Both the position numbers and the translations under genes were made by a program. A DNA stretch of 64,000 nt from Camelus dromedarius (lineage: Eukaryota). Numbering within the stretch: position 1 is the first letter of the stretch; the number at the start of each line of letters is the position of its first letter. This document shows, piece after piece, positions 54,697 through 64,000 of this stretch. The notes beneath the pieces are model-generated. The model saw nothing but the letters and a program-made list of their open reading frames with translations, did no database searches and was not told the DNA's origin. The stretch covers positions 78,556,001 to 78,620,000 of the forward strand of contig NC_087437.1 in NCBI RefSeq assembly GCF_036321535.1, given 5' to 3'.

Positions 54697-54710
54697 GTTG
54701 CTATGGTAAC
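54697..54710. promoter_or_regulatory. RFX X-box motif GTTGCTATGGTAAC
   Basis: Near-palindromic match to the RFX consensus, in apparently non-repeat DNA. Function untested. Confidence 0.4.
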
Positions 54711-55589
54711 TTCAGAGTTATGCTCAGAGGAAGAGGTCATAAACATAGTATATGATTTGCTGTTTAGATTGCTGTACGTAGAATTAGTTGATCTAGAAAA
54801 CTGATCAAGACAAAGCAAATTGTGCACAAATCTATCTATCCCTTGTCAGTAGTGAGCTCTGTTGCTGAGGAGAAAAAAGAGCTCCATATGGGCAACTAAT
54901 ACAGATAGTTTCCAAGTATTTTGTCTTCTTGAAATGGAAGAAAAACATGTCAATACTTGTTGAAACTTACTGATTGCTAGTTCCTTTAGATGATTTACAA
55001 AAAATAATGTTAAAATGAGAAGAAAACTAGAGTATATATCTAGTGATTTTGAATTAAAATATTAGAAGGAATTTGGGAAATGTAAGAGGTTTTTTGTCCA
55101 ATCAATAGTTTATATTGAAAAATCATGTATTAATTAATTCAACAAATACATATTAAATACTCTGTGGATTAAGTGTGAATCAATTTTAATATATGTCCCT
55201 GACTTTGGAAAAATAAAAAGATATAGAAAGTCAAGAAATGGAAATTAGTTACATCAAGGAGTTGTAAGTTCTATGGGGTCAGATCATAAGTCCCATGGTA
55301 TGTAATTTTATTATGAGGTTTGAGTGTGGCATATAGGATATGAAGGCCATGCAAGTCTCTGGGCTTTGAATCAAACTTCTGCTAGTTCTGGGAGCTTGAT
55401 AAGTGTATTAGCAAATTATCAATGGCATTGTCTTAGAGGTGGGTACTAATTTTACATAGGGTATGCTATAGAGAAACTGAGAAGTGAACAAGGTTCACTA
55501 CATTAAGTAATATATAGAAGGTAAGTTGGTGTCTGACGGATGTAAAATAAATACAGATATAAATGAAACAAAGGAAAATGTAAAGGGAC

Positions 55590-56350
55590 ATTGATTCCAG
55601 ACATGATATAATCACTGGTACCAGACAAGCCCTCTTATATAGGCTATTATAAAACTGGAAAAAATATATGAAATAATATTTTCATCCATTGGAAAACAGG
55701 AGGCATAAAATATGCAAAACCTATATATAATGACAACTGAAAATCATCTTAAGAGATATAGAAAACACAAATAAATGTAGATGCACACTATATTTATGGA
55801 ATGAAAAACTCAAAATTGTTTAAGATGGCAGTTCTCTGCAAATTGTTTACAAAAATTAATACAATTCAATAAAAGTCTTACCAGATTTCTCCTTTGTAAA
55901 AGTTAACAGGCTGATTCAAAAACTCAAATGAATAAATAAGCAAATTTGAGTGATAGTCAAATTAATCTCAAAGCAAAATGGTACAACTTGGGAAGTAGTT
56001 TTGATAGTTTATGAAATAGCAATTCTACTTTTTAGGTATTTATTCAAGATAAATAGAAATATTTGATCAAAAACACTGTGAACATAAATGCTACTAGTAG
56101 CTTTATTCACAACAAACTTAAAATGGAAATAGCACGTTCTCCTTCCTTAATAGGAGAATGATAAACATAGTGTAGTACATCCCTACAAAGTAATTTTACT
56201 CATCAATATATATGAATTACTAATATATTCAGAAGGATAAGTAGATCGTTAAAATATTATGCTTAGTTTAGAAATCTGAATCCAGAAGAATATCTGTTGT
56301 ATTTTCTATTTATAGAAATTCAAGATCAAGCAATATTAATCTTGGCAAAA
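55590..56350 (+). mobile_element. old L1M fragments
   Basis: AAGATGGCAGTTCTC...AATACAATTCAATAAAA and AGCTTTATTCAC...AAATGGAAATAGC. Confidence 0.6.
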
Positions 56351-56669
56351 TAAATTCGATTAACAAAAATCAAAGGTAAAATAAAAGAAGTGATTCAATG
56401 AAGAAATATTTATTGCATGATAGCTATAAATATAAATTTTCAAAGGGTCTTCTCTGTGACTAGATAATAATATTAAGATTATTAGAGAACCCAAAGTCAA
56501 TGGAGATTTTCCAAATTTGAATATAAATCCTTCACTTTATTAATTTCCAAAGGATAACTTCAAGTTCAATTATTAATTATCCTTGCAAAGTAATGTCCAT
56601 AGGAATTTAATCCCAAAATAATATTCTCATAATAATCTAAAATTGTTACATTAATCTTTTCTTCAATTT

Positions 56670-58005
56670 CTTATTTCACTTTTTATATATTTTTATTGAA
56701 GTATAGTCAGTTTACAATGTTGTGTCAATTTCTGGTGTATATCATAATGCTTCAGTCATACATGAACATACATATATTTGTTTTCATATTCTTTTTCAAC
56801 ATAAGTTACTACAAGATATTGAACATAGTTCCCTGTGCTATACAGTATGACCTTGTTTATCTATTTTATGTATAATACTGTCTGCAAATCTCGAACTCCC
56901 AGTTTATCCCTTCCCACTGCCTTCCCTGCCGGTAACCGTAAGTTTGTTTTCTGTCTGTGAGTTTGTTTCTGTTTTGTAAGTAAGTTTGTCTTTTTTTTTT
57001 TTTTTTTTTTTCGATTCCACATGTAAGTGGTATCAAACAGTATTTTTCTTTCTCTTTCTGGCTTACTTAGAATGACAGTCTCCAGGTCCATCCGTGTTGC
57101 TGCAAATGGCATTATTTTATTCTTTTTTTATGGCTGAGCAGTATTCCATTGTATAAATAGACCACAGCTTCTTTATCCAGTCATCTGTTGATGAATATTT
57201 AGGTTGTTTCCATGTCTTGGCTATTGTATATAGTGCTGCTATGAATATTGGGGTGCATGTATCTTTTTGAATTAAGGTTCCCTCTGGATATATGCCCAGG
57301 AGTGGGATTGCTGGATCATATCATAAGCCTATTTTTAGTCTTTTGAGGAATCTCCATATTGTTTTCCATAATGGTTGCACCAAACTACATTCTCACCAAC
57401 AGTGTAGAGAATTCCCTTTTCTCCATAGCCTCTCCAGCATTTATCATTTGTGGACTTTTGAATGATGGTCATTCTGACTGGTGTGAGATGATACTTCATT
57501 GTAGTTTTGATTTGCATTTCTCTGATAATTAGCGATACTGAGCATTTTTTCATGTGCCTATTGGCCATTTGTATGTCTTCACTGGCGAATTGCTTGTTTA
57601 GATCTTCTGCCCATTTTTTGGATTGGGTTGTTTTTTTTTATTATAAAGTTGTATGAGCTGTTTATATATTCTGAAAATTAACCCTTGTCAGTCTCATCTT
57701 TTGTATATATTTTCTCCCATTCCATAGGTTGTCTTCTTGTTTTGCTTATGGTTTCCTTTGTTATGCAAAAGCTTATAAATTTAATGAGGTCACATTTGTT
57801 TATTTTTGCTTTTATTTATATTATCTGGGTAAACTGCCTTAGGAGAACATTTTAGGATTATTTGTTCTAGTTCTGTGAAAAATGTCCTGGGTAATTTGAT
57901 AGGGATTGCATTAAATCTGTAAATTGCTTTGGCCATTTTAACAGTATTAATTCTTCCAATCCGAGAACATGGGATATCTTTCCACTACTTTAATTCATCT
58001 TTAAT
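56670..58005 (-). mobile_element. 5'-truncated camelid-type L1 with an internal deletion
   Basis: 3' UTR closely similar to 25920-26480; an ORF2 jump occurs at ~57850. Confidence 0.93.
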
Positions 58006-58186
58006 ACCTTTTTAAAGAACTTTTTAAAATACTTTTTCTCTTGCTAAAGTCCATAGGGCTTTTTTGTTAAACTGTGGCTTCCCATTAAAATTTAAAAACA
58101 ATATTTGTCTGTAAATATAGACACCAAAATGTCAAAAGCAATCATCATATCAAAATATCACATGACTTAAGACTTAGTATCTTTTT

Positions 58187-58688
58187 CTTCAAGAATTAGG
58201 AAGTGTCTGAGATGTTAACCTATCTGCAAGGTAACAAACTAATCTGCCATAGTTTCATGGATGCTGGCAGAAGAAACAAGTGTCCTGAGTCAGAGACAAA
58301 GGACTTTGTGACTTTGTTACTTACAGCACACGCAGTATAAGCTCCCTGTTTGCACTGCTTTCTCCCCTACAAGAGGATGAGAAATGAGAAATGGTCCTGA
58401 TTGGTGCTGCACACACAGTAAATTTGTCTCACAGCTGAGGAATCCAAGCTTGCAACACCTTCAACCTTAGAAGACTAGAAGCAATTGTACTTCATCTTTG
58501 CTCCAGAGGGAAACATTGTCATTAGTATTCCAATGAGAAAATAAATTTGCCTTGTCCTAAAGGAAGAAACTATCTTTATATTCCAAGGCTATTTGTTATA
58601 TAATCATCTTTGAACAAATTGTCTGGAACAAATGCCATCAAGAGATGTGCAGAAATGCAAGAGATATGTGGAGAATTGTCTATCAACA
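58187..58688 (-). mobile_element. LTR40-like ERVL solo LTR
   Basis: AGTTTCATGGATGCTGGCAGAAG, TCAGAGACAAAGGACTTT, and terminal GGAGAATTGTCTATCAACA. Confidence 0.85.
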
Positions 58689-59424
58689 TTGCCCAGGTCT
58701 CAGTCATTAAAAGCCAACAGCTAACTGTGAAACCAGTCCTGCTATACAAAAGAGGACACTGCAAGTCACCAAATTCAAGAAGTTGATTGATGCTTATTTT
58801 AAAAACACCTTCGGAACATAAATCCATCCACTGTAGCCATGCCAAATGTTTCAGTCGCTGCTTGAAATTCACTGCTCCAAATTCCATAACTTTTATTTTC
58901 CTTGAATGTTTTTTCTCCACTTATTTAAATTCAACTTTTCATCTAAAACTTTAATACATCTGCCATTCCCAGTCTGATGCACAGAGAAGTAGAAGAGTCC
59001 ACAGACAGGGTGGTACCCAAGAGAGGAGGAAAGAAAAATGGTAAGCTTCATGTGCCCAGTTTTTCCTCCCAAACATACCAATCTTGTGTGTTCATTCCTT
59101 TTTCCTCAAGTAGAATGAGGTATAGAGAGAGGAGAAAAGAATTTAGGGAAAATTTTTCCTTCCTGGCAATCAGGAGTAAAGAATAACAATAAATAGCAAT
59201 TTAAAGAAAGCAATTTATATAATTTATAGACAATTTTAGAAGCATTATAAATTACTAAGTGTATACAAAGATATTTAGCTTCATATTTTAATTATCTAGC
59301 TTGTTTCTCTGAATGATTATGCAAATGTTTGGGACTGTCAGCATGAAAAAAAATTCTCTTTTTCCTCAACATTGCCAATATCTGGTCTTAGGTAGTATCC
59401 ATCAATATTTTATAGGTAAACAAA

Positions 59425-59620
59425 GTAGTTAGATTGCTTAGAGCTGCAAATATAATAATTACCTACAAATGTTGTTACATAATAAAGGCATTTATGATCT
59501 AATATATCAAGAAGGTCAAAACCAGGGCAGTTCTAGAATTGGTTCAGCAGTTAAATGGTTACTGTCTCAATATATCTGGGCAGCCATCTTCAGAGCATTG
59601 TTTTTTGGCTTTTTGTACCA
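59425..59620 (-). mobile_element. old MLT1 (J/K/L-like) fragment
   Basis: TAGTTAGATTGCTTAGAGCTGCAA...GGGCAGTTCTAGAATTGGTTCAGCAG. Confidence 0.45.
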
Positions 59621-59639
59621 TTTATTTCTGTTCTTAGCA

Positions 59640-61150
59640 ATTTTTTGAGATGATTCTACTATTTTCTTACTACTTAGATGGAAATAATAGTTTCCATCCA
59701 ATTCTGTGAAATTTAAATTGTTCTAGGATCTTGTGAATGTTCAATTTTTATATAAGATCTATGTGTACTTGAGAAGTATATGTATTTATGCATTTGTCTA
59801 CTAATTGGTCACTATATTGTTGAAATCTCATGTATTATTTCTACAATTTTTCATAATGAGTGTTCTATTTAACCCCTCTAGGGTGATGTAGATGAATTTT
59901 ACTCATTTTGAAACCAATTTATAAGATGCATCAAGTTTAAAACTGTTGTTTATTACTGATGAGACTCATTTTTTTATATGATAGCAATATAGCTACCTTA
60001 TGTTTCTTTTGCTTGGCATTTGCCTGCATTTTTTTCATCTTTTATATACTGTCTTGTATAAAATATTTTATTTTATAGACATTTAAAATATTTATTTTAT
60101 ATATTTTTATTTTAGTTACTTTTAAGATTTTTTCCTAAATATATATTTTATTTTAGATATATTTAGATATCTCTATATCAGATATTTTATTTTACATAGT
60201 TTTTCTAAAAAAGAGTATATAGATGCATTTTTAATCCAAACTGACAAACTCTGTCAACTAGAAAATTCATTCTATCTAAATTTATTTTAATTATTGCAAT
60301 ATTTTGACTTAATTTTAACATAGGATTCTCTACTTTGTATTTTTTCATTTTTTTCCTTTATTCCTTGCATAAAGGAATTATCCCTGAATTGATTTTTTCC
60401 CCTCCCAATTTCTTTCCTTTGCTGGTTTGAAGGGAACATATTTTAGTACTATACTATTATTTTAGAGGATTTCTTACAATTTATCATGCATACTTACCAT
60501 AAGAATGTCCCACACTAATCATGCTGCTATCATTTATCTGAGAAATACAAAGACACTAGATAACTCTATTTCTAATCACTTTGCTCATTATTTGCACTTC
60601 ACACTACTATTGACATTTTTTGTAGCTCTATTTTGAATTATTACTTTTAACCTGTAGATCAGACATTATTCCTTGATACAGCAATTAAGAGTTTATATTT
60701 ACTCACAATTATACTCATTTCTTTGATCATGCATCCTAGCCTTTCTTCCTACTGAAGTATATAAATTTGAAGTTCATTTTTGAAGATCATCAGTAGCAGT
60801 TTATTTAGGATTTTTAAAAATTTATTAGAAAAATATATTTTTATTTCTTAGCTTTAAATAATAATTTAGCTGAAAGGTCAACTGAAATGTTTGAAGTGTC
60901 ACCATAACCTATCTAGTTGCAATTTTTTTTTATTAATTCTACTTTATATACTTTATTATTTTTTAGAAAATTTAATTCTTTCATCAGTTTTAGAAAATTT
61001 TTAGCTAATGGCATTACCTAATGGCATTAGTTCTGAATAGCCTTTTTAAATTTCTTGTCATATTTTCTTTTTAAATATCCATGCTTAATTAGAAGATACA
61101 CTCCTTCAATTAAATGGGAAAATTTCCTGCTATATCTAACTTTCAATTTT
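59640..61150 (-). mobile_element. very old L1 relic
   Basis: T-rich antisense L1-like text (TGTACTTGAGAAGTATATGTATT; AATATAGCTACC...TTTCTTTTGCTTGGCATTTGCCTG). Confidence 0.55.
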
Positions 61151-61312
61151 ATCAGCATTTTCATCTAATGCAATAATTAATTGATTTGTACAGTTGACAT
61201 GTATTGAGAATCTACTGTGCCAGCCATTTTCTCTAGGAATTTATCTTTTATCATAACTTTTTAATTGCTTTCAAAATTAAATATTTGTTAAGCATCAATT
61301 ACAATCAGGCAC

Positions 61313-61916
61313 TGTATGAGTCAGTATTCTCCAGAGAAACAGAACACATATACATATATACATATATGTATGTATATATATGTATATATATACATATATA
61401 TACACACATATACATATATCTTATAATTATTGTATTGTATGTATGATATATTTATTTTATATATATATAAAATAATGAGTTGACTCATGCCATTATGGAA
61501 GGTTGCATGTCCAAAATTTTCAGGGTGGACTGGCTGGCTGGAGATACTAGAAAGCCAAGCCTTCAGGTCTAGTCTGAAGACTGGCAAGCTGGAGACTTAG
61601 GAGAGCCAGTGTTTCAGTTTGAGTCTGAAGGCCATCTGGTGTAGAACCAGAAAGAGCCAATGATGCAAATGAAGTAAAAAATCTGCTGAATTCTCTCTTG
61701 CTCAGAAGAGGCCAGTCTTCCTGTTCTATTCAGGCCTTCAACTGATTGGATGAGGCCCACTCACATTATGGAAGTCAGTTTGCTTTCTCAAAGTTCAGTG
61801 ATTTAAATATTAATCTCATCCCAAAACACTCTCACAGAAATACCTAGAATAATGTTTGGCCAAATACCTGGACACTTGTGGCCCAGATAAGTTGACATAA
61901 GAAATTAACCATCACA
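61313..61916 (-). mobile_element. MLT2B-like ERVL solo LTR with internal TA-rich microsatellite
   Basis: TGTATGAGTCAGTATTCTCCAGAGAAACAGAAC ... TTCAACTGATTGGATGAGGCCCAC ... AATTAACCATCACA. Confidence 0.92.
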
Positions 61917-62160
61917 ATCATCAAGTGCACAGAAAGAAAGGAAATATCCTTGTGTACATGTTGCTTAGATCCTAATGGAGAGTTGAGGAAATAAATAGAA
62001 AATAGTAGAAAATTCAGAAAATGTTATGGTGATGAGATACATAAGATTGGTATATGTCTTGATTACATTTTGTGTAAAATACTTGAGAAATTTTACTCCC
62101 TAAAATCCTTAAGATGTACCATTAAGGTTGAAAACGTATGCTAAAAATGGCTAAGTTAAT

Positions 62161-62586
62161 ATTGCAAGTTGGGTTTTACAGAAACAGACACAGAAGTAAG
62201 AGTTGGGTTACAAGATACAAGGAATACAAGGTATACAAGGAATCAACAACTATGAAAGTAAGGTAGAAAAAACAGGATCGGCCTGAGATAGAAATATAAC
62301 TAGGATTAGTTTCAGCCAATCCAGTGTGGCACACTAAACCAAAATTGCCTATCAGACTTCTTCTGTATTAGACTGAAATGACAAGCCTTTTTTAGCTCCA
62401 CTTTGCACAGCTGGTTCAGGTCATCTTGGGAAGGGTATGGCACTGGGTGAAGTGGCTCTCCACTGCTGAAACATATAATAAAGAAACTGACCCCTGGAGG
62501 CTGTCTGCTAACCACACTCCCTGCAGGTGGGTAGCAAGTCCTTTCAGGATGGGCATCTGGATGTCACCTTTCTATGTCTATCCCAC
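62161..62586 (-). mobile_element. LTR16-family solo LTR
   Basis: GTTGGGTTTTACAGAAACAGAC, TCAGCCAATCC and GGAAGGGTATGGCACTGGGTGAAGTGGCTCTC. Confidence 0.7.
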
Positions 62587-62749
62587 TTCATATCTGGTTC
62601 CCCAATCAAGTGACAAAAACAATCCCATACTCTGGAATAATTTGACCCCTTCTTATGTATTGTAAACAGTTATAGGTGCCACTATTCAGAGGAAAATCAA
62701 CACTCTGACAGCATATAAAGAAGGGCCACCAATATGGAGGAGAGTGGCC

Positions 62750-63100
62750 TTATCACTTGGCATTTTTCAGCTGCAATTACTGAAACAAATAATTCAACTC
62801 AAGTTGTCTTAAACCATAATCAAATGTATTCATTCACATAACAGAACAGCTAGAGGTAAATTGGGTTTCAAGATTGGGTAAGATGTGTCACTCACTTATG
62901 TCTTCAAGGATCCAACTTTGTTTTTCACAACTCTGCTTTAAAAAAAAAAAAATTTGGTCCTCCATATCTACTTCATTCTAAGTCTCATTCTCATGATCAG
63001 TGTATATCTGTCAGTAGAAGTTGGGGATGTATATATTTCTAACATATATCACTTTATGTGTAACTGTCCACAGTTTGGACATATAATTGTTCATGAATTC
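62750..63100 (-). mobile_element. old MLT1 (K/L-like) fragment
   Basis: TTTCAGCTGCAA...AACTCAAGTTGTCTTAAAC...TCACATAACAGAACAGCTAGAGGTA. Confidence 0.5.
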
Positions 63101-64000
63101 CTTTAACTACAGTAGATGAGCTTACCAGGATCATGCTTACTGTTACTACTAAGACTAATTCAGCAAACACATATAATTTGAGAGGAAAATAATTCATGTT
63201 GGAGATTCCACTCTAGCGTCCTCTCAGATTTGAGATATTTTTCTTATTAACAATGATTAAGGAATATCTAACATGAATTAAAGAAGATGAACCCTAACTT
63301 TGGAAGGAAGTGGAGACCACTGACATCTAATGTAAGGAACCTCCAGATCTAACATCATATGATTATATGATATTAGTTGAGACCTCTTTTTTTTTAAGTG
63401 TAGGTAAGTAAAGGAAGATATGTGACTACTGATGTGAACACTCCTGTTCAGTTAGCTGTCTATTGCTATTAGAGGTCTTTCCCTTAGTGTATATAACTTC
63501 TGATATAAAAATGTTCTTCTCCCAAAGATGATTTGTTGTCTTTGCAAGAATTTACTTTCATTTCAAAATTCAATAAACCTTTGATACCTTATTAATCAGA
63601 CAGAATTATCTGATTATTTATTTTGATGCACAAAGCTTGGTTATTTTTAATAGTTATTTTATTTTAGTATTCACAGAGCAACTCTTGGAGACCTATCAAA
63701 TAACATCTAAACTTGAATGGTTTTACTGTGATTGACATTTGGTGCTCATAATTATTAAACTGTGCTAAATTGAGCAAAAATACATGATAAGCAAATTCAC
63801 ATTTAGTTGGATCAAATTATTTTTCTCTATGAGGCTATTCATGTTATTTCAGTTATTTGACAAGGCCAAATCCCTTGCAGGAAAAGAATTAAGCTTACTC
63901 TTATTCAAAATAACAGAGAGAAAAGGCAAAAATATGAAGAAAACCAGCAGATGGAAATGGAGGACCATGACCAAACCTAATCAACATTTCCAAAACTAAT

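Noticed and set aside
58576..58920. 114-aa minus-strand ORF
   Set aside because: It starts at GTG, runs into LTR40, and has no recognised homology.
63784..63999. Plus-strand ORF or terminal exon-like frame at the window end
   Set aside because: No recognisable protein and ambiguous acceptors; flanking sequence is needed.
1..64000. CRISPR arrays, operons or prokaryotic defence systems
   Set aside because: The sequence is mammalian repeat-rich DNA, with no repeat-spacer array or compact gene cluster.

Overview
This is AT-rich mammalian genomic DNA, very probably camelid, because it carries a Vic-1-like tRNA-Ala SINE and cetartiodactyl-type L1 3' UTRs. Most of it is layered transposable elements: one full-length dead LINE-1 (~3731-11065) with a target-site duplication (TSD), many truncated L1s of several ages, L2 and MIR relics, a partial ERVL/LTR16 provirus, MaLR/MLT2/LTR40 solo LTRs, MER20/MER117 DNA transposons and microsatellites. 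I cannot identify any host protein-coding gene; the ORF track is L1 fragments plus noise. I found no convincing new biological system. The best observations are rearrangement footprints readable in the sequence: an apparent L1 3' transduction splitting an ERVL RT, a ~400-bp local inverted duplication, a twin-primed L1, a tail-less internally primed L1, a fold-back hairpin inside MLT1C, head-to-head MER20s, and an unexplained inverted-repeat-flanked segment with a nearby diverged copy. Repeat family names come from recalled consensus similarity, not database searches, and boundaries of old repeats are approximate.
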